Below are positions 48,733 to 62,821 of a stretch of DNA of 64,000 nt, one piece after another. The translations under genes and the position numbers were made by a program. Position 1 is the stretch's first letter. Each line of letters begins with the position of its first letter. The stretch comes from Marsupella aquatica. Lineage: Eukaryota > Plantae > Marchantiophyta. The DNA lies in NCBI GenBank assembly GCA_973895155.1, contig OZ316894.1, positions 24,302,709 through 24,366,708 on the forward strand, read 5' to 3'. The notes beneath the pieces are model-generated. The model worked only from the letters and a program-made list of their open reading frames with translations. It searched no databases and was not told the DNA's origin.

Positions 48733-49799
48733 CCAAAAGGCCAGAGTATATGGACTGGGAGAAATTTGCACAAAATTTGCCACTAAACAACCCCAATAAG
48801 TAGTACTTTCCTGCTCAAAAGGATTCCCATGTGGAGAATAATTAGACATTCCTTTTTAGAGTTTGGGTAAATTTTGTAGCAACCACTCAAAAGCAAGAAT
48901 AAATTATTATATATATCACAGTGCCAAGGGCAAAAAAAGTCAAACGGGGAACAGGATCCCAATGGCATTAAGTAGCCAATGAAGGGGAGGAAACAAGGGG
49001 AACGGCCCAAAGAAAAAGAAGCCAAGGGGTCCCCAACCAAAAGCCAATTAAGGAGCAAAAACAAAATTGTACCTAATGTACAAAGGAGCAATGAATAAAT
49101 TGGTTTTGGGTGACTTGGTACTTTGTGCTTCAATAGGGCTTATTCTTTTGCAAAGTGTCTTCTTCTCACTGCTTTTTCCTTTACAATGTTGGCCCCACTT
49201 CTATCCCTTGATGTCAGAATTCTAGTAGACAAGTGTTTAGTTTCTAAACTGTTGTGAATCATTCTTAGAAACTTATTGGCCTTCCATGTTTTTCTCACAA
49301 TACCATAAATTTAGGAAACAGAACTGATGTTTGTTTCTCACACCCCCTTGAATTTCATCAGACTCTTGGGAAGAGATAGTGCAGGGTCTAGGTATCCATA
49401 ATGTAACTTGAATGTAAGGATAAAAACAAACTATTCTAACAAAGGATGGGCAAGATTAACAAATAAATATAGACCTAAAGAGGGGGTCTCAAAAAAGAAA
49501 ATTGAAAACATTAAGAGGGGGCTATAAATAATTTAAAGTCCAAAATACAAAGTATCCACCTTGTCTAAAATAAAATGAAATAAAATACGTGTCAAAAATA
49601 AGACAAAATAAATTGAGTACAGTAGGCTCCTAAACACAAGGTAAGACCAGATAATAAGATGCTTTCCTAGTCATTCCTATTTCATAAAGTACATTAAAAT
49701 ACACAGACAAAGATCTCAAAGGGGGTTAATTATGAAAAGGTAATAATTCAAAATCTTGACCGGGTTCAATTACAAAAAAAGGAGATTTTATTCCTGTAC

Positions 49800-50715
49800 C
49801 TTTGACGCCCGATTCCCGTCCAAACGTAGCTTGGACGGTTGAGATCGTGGCCTCAGATTTATAGATGTGATTGGCAGTAGAATTGTCGAAAACGTGGGGC
49901 CATCCTCTGATCCCCAATTCCTGCCCAAACGTAGCTTGGACGGTTGAGATCATCGGACAGATTTATTATAGACGTGATTGGCAGCAGAATTGTCGAAGCG
50001 TGAGGTCATTCGTTGATCCGCAATTCCCGTCCAAATGTAGCTTGGACGGTCGAGATCATCGAAGCTGATTTATAGACGTGATTGGCAACATAATTGTCGA
50101 AGTGTGGGGCGATCCTTTGATCCCCAATTTCCCGTCCAAATGCAGCTTGGACGGTTAAGATCATCGAAAAGATTTATCGACGTGATTAGCAGCTCGAAAT
50201 GTGGGGCCATCCTTTGATGCCCGATTCCCGTCGAAATGTGGCTTGGACGGTCGAGATCATCCCAGCTAATTTATAGACGTGATTGGCAACAGAATTGTCG
50301 AAGCGTGGGGCCATCCTTTGATCCCCAATTCCCGTCGAAATGCAGCTTGGACAGTTGAGATCATCGAAACAGATTAATCGACGTGATTGGCAGCTCGAAA
50401 TGTGGGGGTATCCTTTGATCCCCGATTCCCGTCGAAATGTGGCTTGGACGGTCGAGATCATCGCAGCTGATTTATAGACGTGATTGGCAGCAGAATTGTC
50501 GAAGCGTGGGACCATCCTTTGATCCCCAATTCCCGTCGAAATGCAGCTTGGACGGTTGAGATCATCGAAACAGATTAATCGACGTGATTGGCAGCTCGAA
50601 ATGTGGGGCCATCCTTTGATGCCCGATTCCCGTCGAAATGTGGCTTGGACGGTCGAGATCATCGCAGCTGATTTATAGACGTGATTGACAGCAGAATTGT
50701 GGAAACGTGGGGCCT
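49800..50715. repeat. Tandem array of ~9 units of 96-106 bp, with a ~201-bp dimeric higher-order structure in the right half
   Basis: CTTGGAC(G/A)G at 49830, 49935, 50041, 50146, 50242, 50346, 50443, 50547 and 50644; most units carry GACGTGATTGG and GAGATCATCG. Confidence 0.95.
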
Positions 50716-51586
50716 TCGTCTCTTCCCTTCCCATGCTTACTTCGCTTGGGCTCCATTCTGCGCCTCGCAATCCTCGACGCGACAAATCTCGCAAGATTGG
50801 TCGATGAAAATAATATGGAGCTTTAGGAAGAATTCCGCAATCATGGGCCCCGCCTCTGCACACAGTCTGCCATGTACTCGCGAGCTTCATGACAGCCGAT
50901 CTGCTTCACTCTGTACCGCTCGCTTAGACGCCTGCAGAGATTCGGACTCCGATTTCGTGTCCGTTAGGTCATCATCTTACCCATCTCGTGCATTGGGATT
51001 CGAGCGTCGAATTGTGTTCAGTGGTGTGTTGGAGCCTTGACATCCCGTGTCTCGTGATTCCATCATGGAGATTATGTGTCGTCATGTTTCACAGCCTTGC
51101 ATTTGAGAGAGTTTCTGATGTTATCCATGTTATCGGAAGCTTGAAAGTGTCGGTGGAGTGGCTTCGCCTTTGATTTCGAGTAGTGTGCTGTGGTAGGTCG
51201 TTATGTCACTTCTCACGGGTCGGCATTCAAGCTTGTAGGAGGCAATGTGCGTGTTAGACTAGACACAATGCTGTGCCCAGTGTTCTGTTGCAATGACTAC
51301 TAGATTGCTAGAAATCTTCTTCGTTTTGTTACGCTGCAGAGAGCATTGTTACTGTAGGTCACCATTTTATGTTTCAATTACTGGCATTTGAGTGTTTGAT
51401 GGAATGTGTCTTGTGAGACGATAACTGTCGCTGCGCAGTGGGCTAGTGAGCTTCAGTACAGTGGCAGTTTGAACATGTTGGACGAAATTTGTTCGGGAAA
51501 GGAATGAATGACAGATCTGTGTTTCTGACCTCGTGTGTGTACAGAGGATCAATCGTGGAGTGGGAAAATTAAGTGAGTGAGCAGAG

Positions 51587-54500
51587 ATGCCTCCCCACGC
51601 GCCTGACGCTGTGGCCCTTTCCCACGACAGCCAGCAGGGATCACCAGTGAAGCGTTACACTCTCCAGGAAGTGAGCAAGCATAACACTCCCGAAGACTGC
51701 TGGCTAGTGATATGGGGAAAGGTTTACGATGTCACATCTTGGTACGCACCATCCATCCACCTATCCCATCATTCCATAACGTAATGTTGATGTTCCTCTG
51801 AGCCCTGCATTCCATTCTGTGATCGATATTGGACTATATAAAAAGTTGAGGAGATGGTTTGGACAAGGCGAACACAAAGAGGAAGAAAGAGAGGGGAAGA
51901 AGTTGATTGACGTCGCTCGGGTTGGCTGGCTTCACAGGGTTCCGAAGCATCCTGGTGGGAGTCTTATCTTTGTGAAGGCAGGACAGGATTCGACCCAGCT
52001 GTTCGATTCCTACCACCCGCTTTACGTTAGGTATGCTCTTATGTTTACGACGAAATCTGGCTGAATTTCAGAGGTCAATTGTTTCCAAAAGCAGTTCAGA
52101 CGAAGTTGTCCACCTCCATTTTACCGAGAGGTGTGTCGTATGACTATTCAATGCCTTTGGAAGTCTGAAATCCCAGGATTTGCACATCATTTTGTCAGTT
52201 CACGCGGTCGCCTCTTGTCCTCCATCACAATGTAGCTGTCTATCACTTGCAAGGCCCGTCATATAATCGGAACAATGGTGTCGACTTATGGCAGAAAACT
52301 GCTCGGGAATTACCTCGTTGGCGACCTCCAGAGGAACGCTGAAGATTTGAAGGAGCACTACGCCTCCATTGAGTATTCGGACGGAGACCAAGAAGCTTTT
52401 TATTTGACACTCAAGCAGCGGGTCGAGACATATTTCCGCAAAAATAAGGTCTCTTTCAAATCCAGTTGAAAATTCAATTAGAGCTGAGATGCGGTGACGA
52501 TTTAGCAAGTGCCCTCGTGTGAGCTGTTTTAAATTGATTCCATGGGGTCTTGCATCACCTCAACAATACATGTCTTGAAGTCTTACACTACGTGTTTGGC
52601 CTACAGATTAATCCCAGATTTCATCCACACATGTTTTTGAAGACGGCCGTAATCATTGGGGCTTATGTCCTGTCTTATTACTACGCCTTCTTCGGGTCCC
52701 ACAACATCTTCCTGTCCATCCTTCTTGCGTGTATCATGGGCTTTGCAGCCGCTGAGGTTGGCGTGTCTGTCATGCACGATGGCAATCATGGTGAGCTCAC
52801 AATTTGTTGTTGACCCCTGTTTGTTGTTCTGCACTTCGTTGCACTGCCAAGGATTAAGGTTTTCTGGATCTGCTCCTCTCTGATGCGCGTAGGACCCATT
52901 AGTGAAACGAAGGAGAGGGCAAAGATGACGGAGTTTCGCGTTTGAAATTGATAATCAAAGTTTGCGGAAGGCAGAAATGAATATTTGAGGTCTGCTACGC
53001 GCAATCCCCAATGTTAGTCTAATTGAGATCTTCTCTGCAGGAGCCTACTCCCAGTCTTGCACTTTTGGTTACCTCATGGGAGCCACACTCGATCTTGTCG
53101 GTGCTAGCAGGTCAGTAAAATTTTCCCACCTGAAGGAAATCGAGTTGGTCCTCGAAAAGCTTCACTTTCGTAGGTTGGGGTTAGTCAATTTGTTAAAGCT
53201 TTTGTCTTTGAGTTCCTTGTAGGTCCGTACATTGCAGGTCATTGAGACTAAAGTTAGTTTTATGTTCTAATTGAAACTTTCGATTACTACTGTAGCTTTA
53301 TGTGGCGGCAGCAGCATGTAGTTGGACACCATTCATTCACCAACGTGGATAATTACGATCCTGACATTCGTACGACCACTGGAACCTTGCCCGCATCATT
53401 TCTTTGTGATTTGGAAAATTCTTAATAACTTTTTCCGTTTAGGTCGAAGTCTTTTCTCTCAGGTTCAGAGCTTTGATGCATGGGGTAAGATGCCGGAAGC
53501 AGGCAGAAACTCTTGTTCGCTAATTGTCCTGGTTTGCAACAGGAGTTAAGGACCCTGATGTTCGCCGGGTAACTTCGGATCAACCTCGACAATGGTATCA
53601 TGAATATCAGGTATCACTTTCATTTAATAGCACGTTGGTAATGTCTTCAAATCTGTGAAGTCTGTAGAATTACCATTCGTTGGTATATGGTCATGTGTAT
53701 CACAGCAACGTTAGAGCAGTCTCATTGATAGCTTTGTTCAATTTTGGTTTCTTGGACCAATTGCGTTTTCGTGGAGCGCAAATTACATTAATTGCTATCC
53801 TTTGAACGAATTTAAGCATTGACAATTCTTTAGATATGATGTACTAGCAGTCAAAATCCATTCGTTATCATTCCAAGCATGATGAGGACCTCCGCGTTGC
53901 TCACAATATCAATGTGGCCTTTCAGCATATTTACTTGGGAGCATTATATGGTGTCCTCGCCTTGAAGAGTGTGCTTGCCGATGATTTCACTGCCTACTTC
54001 AGTGGTTCTATTGGCTCGTAAGTCTCGTCTATATAAGACCTTCGGGAAAATGCTACTTTTGTCTTACTGTTCAACGACGGAAAGGAAGGTTGCCGATTGT
54101 GCTCAAATAGTTCGAGGAATTAAGGAATGGTAACGTTGGTAGTATTGTGGATTTCAGTGATTCTCTAAACGTTATGGCACATTGAAGTGCTGGGCGTGTA
54201 TTCACAGACTTTATTGGTTGCAATGTAGAGTAAAAGTTGCCCCAATGACTCCACTGGAGTCCAGGATTTTCTGGGGTTCGAAAGCGTTATATGCGTTTTA
54301 CATGTTTCTTCTGCCCCTGAGGTACGGTCATTACAACGCTCTCGCGTTTATTGGCCTGTACGTTGTATCGCAGGTGTGTTGCCCCTCTCACAATGACATG
54401 TGGACCTGATATTGTCATTATATACCTTTACGTTTATGCTTGCCAATTCGCATTGCAGAAAGTCAAAATCTTTACTGAACGTCCGATGACTTGAACTGGC

Positions 54501-55407
54501 AGTTAGTGACGGGCTGGACACTTGCTCTCATGTTTCAAGTAGCACATGTAGTGGGAGATGCAGCATTTTTCACTGTAGAGACCGATGAGAACAAAGCGAA
54601 GGTTCCTTCTGGTTGGGCGGAAACGCAGGTATGCGGTCTGTTTGTTTGAATGTATATCCGTCAGATTACAAAGTCATGACCTGTCTAGTTCAGCTGGATA
54701 TCATGGTTCCCGAAACCGGATATCGTACAATCGCTCTCAGATTCTGAATCAGTAGCAGTTATTTGATGGTTAGGCATGGCGGGGTTCGAAAATTGAATGA
54801 CAGTTCAAAGAACGCCTTTGGTGTTGCTTTGCCAGGTTATGACAACAACCAATTTCAGTGTAAAATCATCCTTCTGGACCCATATCAGTGGGGGACTCAA
54901 TCACCAGGTGAGACATTCTGAACCAAGTTTGTGTCTTAGACTATTTTTAACGGATTTTTCAACTCTTGTAATTGCGTCCTTTCGGTTTTAGCACACAAAT
55001 TTCTTAACACTGGCCCGCGTTGGATGATCATCAAAGTCCATTGGAGTGAACATCCTGAAGAACTACTAAGCTCATTGTTGTGTTTTGTGGTAAATTGCAG
55101 ATTGAGCATCATCTATTCCCAGGTGTTTGTCACGTTTACTACCCATTAATCCAACCTATTGTGAAGTCTACATGTGAAGAGTTCAATGTCCGCTATACAG
55201 CTTACCCAACTGTAAGTCGCTGCACTCTGTAGAATTGTCGCGTGAATGTTCCAGCCTGGTTCTTCTCTTGCAAGTGCGGCCAGTGGACTTTTTGGGACAC
55301 TCCCTTACTAATAACCCTTGTGCCTGCAGTTTTTGGCAGCCGTGAAGGCCCACTTTAGTCATTTAAAAGAAGTAGGACTTCAAGATGGACTGAGACTGGA
55401 TGGGTAA
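51587..55407 (+). CDS. DES5: Cytochrome b5-fused Delta5 fatty acid desaturase (arachidonic acid/EPA biosynthesis), 13 exons
   Basis: Exons 51587-51741, 51938-52030, 52295-52448, 52607-52790, 53041-53110, 53296-53369, 53543-53610, 53926-54017, 54229-54373, 54503-54628, 54836-54907, 55101-55211, 55330-55407, all GT-AG and in frame. Motifs HPGG, HDGNH, QHVVGHH and QIEHHLFP. The MPPHAPD start and the overall sequence resemble the Marchantia Delta5 desaturase as I recall it. Confidence 0.93.
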
Positions 55408-57956
55408 GCTGAGCTGAAAATGGGAGTTGAAGTCGAAAGGTATGTCTCGTTCTAAACGAATGAGTGCAATTTTCCATTTGCTGCGGAAGTTGACGCCCTC
55501 GGAAGATACTAGTGTGGGCTTGCAGCTGAACCAATCTGCATGATGCTGTAGTGTTTAGAATCCTCGTGCGTTGGTTTTCGGTTGACTGCCTCTGCCGGCT
55601 TTTTCTTTTTCTTCGGCATCAGGAATTAATTGATATTGGAAATTCTCCAGGAATGAAGATCTAGAAGGGCGGAGCACATGCAGTAAGAGAACATTCAGGA
55701 CTGCGTGAGTGTTTGTACAAGACCTCCCCTCTGCGCTTTTGATTGAGTACTTGTACAGACTTGGGTAAAGGTTCTTGGCCATCCTCACATGTCTCCTGGC
55801 CTCGGTATTAACTTGTTCGAGGCATTCTTCGTGGACCAATTCTCACTGGAACTGCTAAGGTCTGAAAATTAGGAGATAATCTGTCAGAATGACATACTTT
55901 AAGTGATCTGTAGGCGCTAAGCGGCGTAACGCTCGTCCCCTTACCTGTAATGCAGCAGCAAATCCGGAGTCGGAAGCAGGCTGGATTGAAAGAGCTGATG
56001 TATCAGTTAGGATTTCAAGAGTACTACCATGTTTTTCGAACTAGAACTGATTTAATAAGTAATTTCTTCGATATTGAGAAGAGTATCGTTGTTTCTCGCT
56101 GTCTGGATTTATTTATTGAGGCACCCAGGGCTATGTTTTTGGTGAGTTGAAGCAGAGAAAAGATGAAACAGTGGTTAGCAATGACTACCTGGCCAGAAAA
56201 AGCACAAAGCTATCTCCCATTGGAATCGACGATCTAGAGTCAAGACGAATAGCTAGGGGGCCGTGTTTGCATCGAGAGATAATGAGACATCGAAATGCCC
56301 AATGCAGCGCAATGGATTTTGACAACCGATTTCAATAGGATTGTGCCTATCTGGAACAAGAGTGCCACTGAGTAGCGATGTCAAGGTCTGTCATTCGAAC
56401 CTTGCGTTGCTGGACCGGGATGAACAGTCGATCCGATCTTTCACAGGTTCCAGGCAAAAGTAGATTCCCGTGCAAATGAACAGAAAAACATAAAGGAAAA
56501 CGCAAGACGATTCGCACTTATTGAAAGCGTTTCGTTGTTAGTCCGACATCTTACTCCTCATTTGTCACCCTCCAAAAGTTCGAGAAGCAAAGGGGAAGGG
56601 TTTGTGGCTGTCACGGGGCCTTGTGTACTAAGGTTCGTGGAAGAGATTTCATCACATGTTACCAATTTGTTTTTGGACACAATTAGTACTTTGCTGCCGT
56701 TCCAATCTGGCCTCCGAAATTTTTGGACTTTGGAGCATTGAACACTTAGTTGCACTTTTAGATCACTCACGACACTTGAGCAAAACATTGTTATTCTGGA
56801 AAAGAATGCTTTGTGATTACCAGTAACCATAGAGCACACTAGCTCTTCTTCTAAGGGAAGGAAATAGAGGTGAGTGCAGAAAAGTATTTGCAAAAAAGGT
56901 TTTCTAAGATTCACTACTTGACTCACACTCCTAAGTGCGGAAAAGAAGCTGCAAAATGAAGATTCCTCAATATTCATCGTTGTCAGTCACTAGCCCCATA
57001 AATCCCTGTTTTCTGCCTGCACCCCCACTTTGAGTTTGCCCTGAGTTGTAAGCTGGAAATTAGATTTGCTTGACTTGAAAAAGTGAGTTCTGGCTTCACT
57101 TATCGATCACCAATGTTTAGACATGTCGGTTGAAAAAGGCCAACATTTGCAACCTGGGTGAGACTGTCTCTGAATGAGACGATCCTGGTAAACGTGATTG
57201 AGAAATAAAAAGGGCTTTGCAGAAATATAACCTATTCTGATCTGATTCGTGTAATGACTAGTATATTCATTCGGAACAGATGATAGCAATTAATGATCAT
57301 CCGTGAGCTGCAGAGAGAATTCAGCGCGATTCCAAATATCAATGCACATTAATGAGGCGAGAGGGAGGGTTTACAGGGTATTACAGTGTCGAGTGTTACG
57401 GTTACATCCGCTCACGGTTTTGGGCAGTCCGTACACCATTCGGGCAGCTTGTCCATTTTTGGCCATGGCACTCCCGCACCTGTCCCCAAAATATGCCCAG
57501 GACTGTCCCTATTGAGATCCAAACCCGTCCCAGGCCCGCACCCCGATTGCACCGGCGCTGAAAACCCCCTCTCGGGTTGCCTGCACTTTCACTCCGTCGC
57601 GATGTATGCAGAAGGGATTGGTATTCCAGGGGTACGAGTTGAAGGGATGCGATACCTAAGAAAGCAATTGGAGTCCAGAACATTCCTTCCCGCGCACACG
57701 ACCCTTTGTTAGCATAGTGCAAGCCCTATTGCATACTCTTCCAGTGGACGTTTTGGCAGCCAACATTTGAGGTCAATGCGCATCTGGTTAGTGTTTGCAT
57801 TACAAACCATTCCCTCACAATGCGCTTCCAATGTTCACGTATTTTGCAGGGTGAATTCATTATTATGTACTTAAATGTTGTTTGAATTGCGCAGAGAACT
57901 AGGTATTCTCAAGTCTCATCTGATTCATAGCGTGAACCGGCCGTAAGAGAAACTCA

Positions 57957-58523
57957 ATGTCGATGCCAACTTTGTTTGATGTGCAAGCAGCTGTGATGAG
58001 GGAGGAGACAGGGTACATAGGTCCATGTAGTGTTGTTGTTTTTAATTTCATTGCCACAAATCCCTTTCCAAAAAAGTTCCTATATCGAGGTTGTATAGAG
58101 GTCATTCCAAGAGGGTTGTGTAAAATTTCAATAGAAGGTCCAAGGTAGAAGCATTGCGAACATGATGCGTTGCAGAATGGGACATATAGCGAGTCCTTCC
58201 GGTTTGAGTTGTTGTTAACGGATGGTTCACTGGAGCCGAATTACGGGAAACCAGCTTTGCGGGCCGCTATTTGGGATGCAGCACAAAATTTGTTGGGCCT
58301 GTCTGCAGCTGCATTAGCCTGTATGGATCCATTGGATCAGTTCCAGTTAATCCATGACGTTGTGAAGGGTGCGCCCCTTTGCAATGTTGTTTTCCGAATG
58401 AATCTCGGTATACTGTCCATCAATGAGTTGGACGTTGTAGCATCAACCAGTACCCTGCCGCAGTCCCGTCTTTGGACCCAAACACGAACCCCTACACAGC
58501 CTGTCACACCGCTCAGCTCCTGA
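57957..58523 (+). pseudogene. RPA1 (replication protein A70) C-terminal OB-fold-like fragment, probably Helitron/TE-derived
   Basis: ORFs 57957-58148 and 58170-58523 are in one frame across a single TAG. Pattern YRGC..LCK..HC-H..FRFELLLTDGS..AAIWDAAQNLLGLSA resembles the RPA1 DBD-C zinc ribbon/OB fold. Confidence 0.55.
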
Positions 58524-59696
58524 GCTCCACGCAGGGCATACCCTCCACATTTACCATGTTCCAATGGCCCCAACTTTGGAACACTTGCGTCGGGAGTCGT
58601 AGAATCCTCCCCTGCAGCAAATTGCAGCAGTACCCCATCCATGGCAACCGCACAGTCACCTATAAGCGAAACCCAGGCAGTGTCGCGCACCACACCGACA
58701 TCGACCACGGGAGACTCCTCACAGGTGATACAGGAGGAAGGCGGTCACGATGATGACTTTTCAGAAACCCAAGGCACAATGTCATCCATTGTCCGACGCC
58801 TAGCAGAAGTTTTCAGCTCATCATTGGATGTGTACTCTGGGCGCAACCGGTAGTTGTAGAATGACTTTAGTGTTGGATTAACTTAGCATTCCATTTTGGA
58901 AGGAACTTTGTTACTCGCAGGCGCCTGAATGAACATTCATTGTTCGAGTGGCAGGACTATTGTATACCTATTTGTAGCAAAGTTTATTTATCTCAAAGAC
59001 GGTGTCGTGCATACTGTTCACCATTCCTTTCATCTGCTTTTGCTGCATGCCTTACATTTTATTGTATCCCCAGAACTCATTTAGTTTGCCATGAATGAAT
59101 TGTCTCCCACATATCCATCTGCATTTCATTGTATACCAATCAGTGTTTGACTCCATGCAAAATTGAATAATCAAAACGTACATTGTTATTCATTTCCTGA
59201 AATTTTACTAAGCATGTACTGCGGTTGCACGAAATTACTTGCAGGTGTCAGGGTTTATGGCGCGAACAAAGCATCAAGTACTTTCCTTGCCATAGTTGAC
59301 ATGCCTTAGAATCCTTAGAGTAGTGTTTCATTAAAATGTGCATGATTATGGCTGGAATTAGGAATTATAGTGCTCATCCGGATTAGGGATTTCCGAGGGG
59401 ATTTCTCTAATTAAGTACAAAAGTTATGTGACTTTACAATGTCAATCATTTTCTGTTACTATAATTCACTCTGTCAGCGTCAATTCTTTTCAGGCTTCCA
59501 AGAAAAGATTGGCCATGTGGAAGTCTTCCACTCCATCCCCCCACCCAACTGACATGCACAGTCCCCACTTAGATGTGAGCCCCATGCCTCCACCAACCTA
59601 CCGGTTCTTGCTCTGCCACCACCACCCGGCCGTTTAAACAAGGATGCGCCAAGTCATCCGCCCCCTCTTCCTAGCGCACCCGGTCTGCTCACTCCC

Positions 59697-61320
59697 GTGT
59701 TGGCTCTACCCTCTCCACGACCGTATGTGCCCAAGCCGCCTTCGCCAAGTCCAAGTGGCCCCGTCCATAACACAAAATGTGCGGTGCCCCAGGCCACTGA
59801 AGTTGACAATGTGGTCACGACGAAAGTAGTGTTGGGTCCCTCCGGTGGCATGGTCCTCGCGTCATGTGGCACAAAAAGAAAATCTAACGGTGGAGAACCA
59901 AAGTTAGCGCGTCCCACCAGGTCTACTCCACAAAAAGCAAAGGTGGGGGTTCAGTATAGAGAGGAGTCGACAAGCTCTCGGCAAAAAGAAAATGTACTTA
60001 AAGCCATTTCAGATTCAGGCAGTCCAGCGGAATCTGAACATGATGCCCGAAAGACACACAGTCGCAAAGACAGTAAAAGTCAAGTGGACTCTTTCCATTT
60101 GAAATGTGCGCCCAAGCCTCTCGAGTTTTGCAAATGCGCAGCTTTACCCGAGCCATGCAAGAACTGCAAAATTGTAAGAATGGACCTGCCCCCTCATCTT
60201 CCTATTCTTCTTCTTGTATGTTATTGTACAGTTATACAGGGGGCTTCCCTCACAGTTGTTCTCTGATGTTCCATACAGAAGTCACACGTCAGAACCCATG
60301 CGAAGGAGGGAGTCCATTATTCTGTGTATGGGGCCGGAGCAGTCTGTAAGATGTTGCCATGTAAGAATGTGGTTTTCAAGACCCATCGCACATATGGTTG
60401 CCATGTTTTCAAGAAGCATGGCCTCATCATCCAGGGTACCCCTCCAGCACTGTATACAAATGATCCTGTTGCACAACAACAACGTGAAGCTAGGAATGCT
60501 ACTAGAAGGAAGCAGCCAGGAGCTGTTTGCTCACCGCAATACTACAACGTAAGGGCAACCCTGCGACAACGATGGAGCATGGCAAAGAGACGAGTCAAGT
60601 GAGTTTACAGCTGATCATACCTGTGCAAACTGGATGGGTGGACTGTGATTTGTACATGGCAAAGAGTGGTTTCCCAATGCATAAACTAACAAAATTCTTG
60701 CAATTCTATGTAGGTCAAGTACTCAATGCAACTTTGTCACACGCTTTGAGCAAAACCGGGCACAAACTCCCCAACCAGTCGTTGAATCTGAACCAATTTT
60801 CATTATTTTCTTCAAGTACATCATGCCTACACTTGGCTTCAGCGCATGGGATAGTCTGATAAATGATTGCGATTGGGCTTGCTTGTAGGCATTGCTCTCC
60901 CAATGCCCGCACACGTCATATGTTTGTTCATGGGTGCAGCGCGCCCTTTCTGAAATTGTTGATGGTAGATACGCTCATTTAGACAATTTTGACATTGAGC
61001 GCCTCACCAGAACAGCTTCGCTATTGTCAACTTTCTTTGAGCCACTGGTGGCTCATTCAAAGCCATTGAAGTCCATGATGCCATGGCAGTCCAACGCCAA
61101 CTGCTTTGTGACCAAGCACTGAAGTGGATGTGTACAAAACGAGACAACCTTCTTTGGGATGAGGAACACGGATGGCCACGGTATCAGACATTGGGTGATC
61201 ATGAGTACAAATAGTGGAAGGCCGACCGCAAACAAAAGGCCATTGACACTTACAAGCCGAACATTGTGGCAATGTACAAGACAGTTAACTCATGCACAGA
61301 CGAGGAAGCACTGAAGCAGG
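59697..61320 (+). pseudogene. Degraded intron-containing ORF fragments with a C2H2-like zinc finger, probably TE-derived
   Basis: CKMLPCKNVVFKTHRTYGCHVFKKH at ~60345-60420; CKC..CKNC at ~60130-60170; multiple stops. Confidence 0.35.
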
Positions 61321-62648
61321 TACATTACCATGAAGCTCAACTGAAATTGTGTTGCATGCACTTTGGTTTCAGTATTCAATCTGCCTTGAATGATGGTTGC
61401 TTTTCCTTTCTTTTCACCTGGATTTTCTCAGGTGCATTGAGTCCTTACACTAAATTGTGCAAGTCACCATGTGGATATGGGGCCTGGTTCTCCTTGTTGG
61501 TTGCATGATTGGTCTTCCCGTTCTGTTTTTGTGTCCTTTTAGCGCCCATCAGTTTGTCAACCCAGCCTCGTTTCCTGATTGTAGTTCTATCAGTGCCTTC
61601 GGCCGAGCTGAGTTTGTCATGACCCGCTTCTTGCTCTAGCTTTCCCACGTTCTGTTGTGCCTCTCTCTTCAGGCAAGATTCCACTTCAACTCAACCAGAG
61701 CTTGCTTAGCAAGGGTTGGGTGGTACGAGATGGAGTTGTAACATCTCTCAATGAGTAGTTGAAATTCCTTCAACTGCGGTGAAACCTCAATTTTGTCCGT
61801 CACATCCTGGTGGCCTGCCTCCCAAATATCCTCATTCTCATATGTCAAGCACATACTACCTACCTCCATCGCCGGTGGCGGAAGCTCTCCTTGTTGTACC
61901 TGAAAATGGTGGTCTAGGCCACCTGAAAATGAACCCATCTTTGTTCCCAGCTGATGGAGAATTTCCAATTCTGACATCTTCTGTGTAAGCAGCAGAACTT
62001 TCATCTGCACAAGAAGAGGTCCTGTCGTGCATGAGATGGTGCATGGAAAATAGAATCCATCATTGTGTAACTGATGTCATTGGTAAGGTTCATATTTCAC
62101 CTGATGTTTGCAGGCATTGCCCTGAAGCGAGTATCCACATGTACACGAGCAACTATCCTTGTCCCAATCTGTGACTACGTGTTCCTTGGGACCCACACCC
62201 AAATACATCACGAAACTGAGGTGTATATGTATTTGACATAAGGTGGATTAGTACATGGTTTCTTCGTCAATTCTATGAGTGTACTGGACAATCATTTTGT
62301 ATCAAACTGCTTAATATGCTAAGTTGATATTGGTTGTATGTGATTATGATGTAAATTGGATTGCATATCCCATTGACATATATGAGTAACTTTTACATAA
62401 AAACATGTCATGGCTTAATTGTAATGTTCATGTACTTGAACCAACGTCAGTTAGATATCCGGTAGACATTAAAAATTAACAATAGATTGCTACGATATGT
62501 CCATGTATTAAACAAAAAAAGATCGCATATAGATGATGTAGTAATATTGACTTAATAATGGGTAAGAAGTAGTTATTGGGTTGTGCATGCAGCTCATTCT
62601 ACCACACATCTCTTGCTCTTACTTTACTATGATTGCAGCACGTCGACC

Positions 62649-62821
62649 CTCTTTTAATGTTGTCATACTCGAACACATGTTATCAAGGCGGGAGGGCATT
62701 GTGAGCAAGGTAGAGCAGGCACAGTGACTGGAGTTCCTCTTTTAATGTTGTCATACTCGAACACATGTTATCAAGGCGGGAGGGCATTGTGAGCAAGGTA
62801 GAGCAGGCACAGTGACTGGAG
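62649..62821. repeat. ~89-bp tandem duplication
   Basis: TTTTAATGTTGTCATACTCGAACACATGTTATCAAGGCGGGAGGGCATTGTGAGCAAGGTAGAGCAGGCACAGTGACTGGAG x2. Confidence 0.9.

Noticed and set aside
50186-50890. 234-aa minus-strand ORF
   Set aside because: It is a translation of the tandem array with no protein-family features
55555-56340. Possible small minus-strand spliced gene downstream of DES5
   Set aside because: Some splice-like signals, but I could not assemble a coherent ORF or recognise any homology
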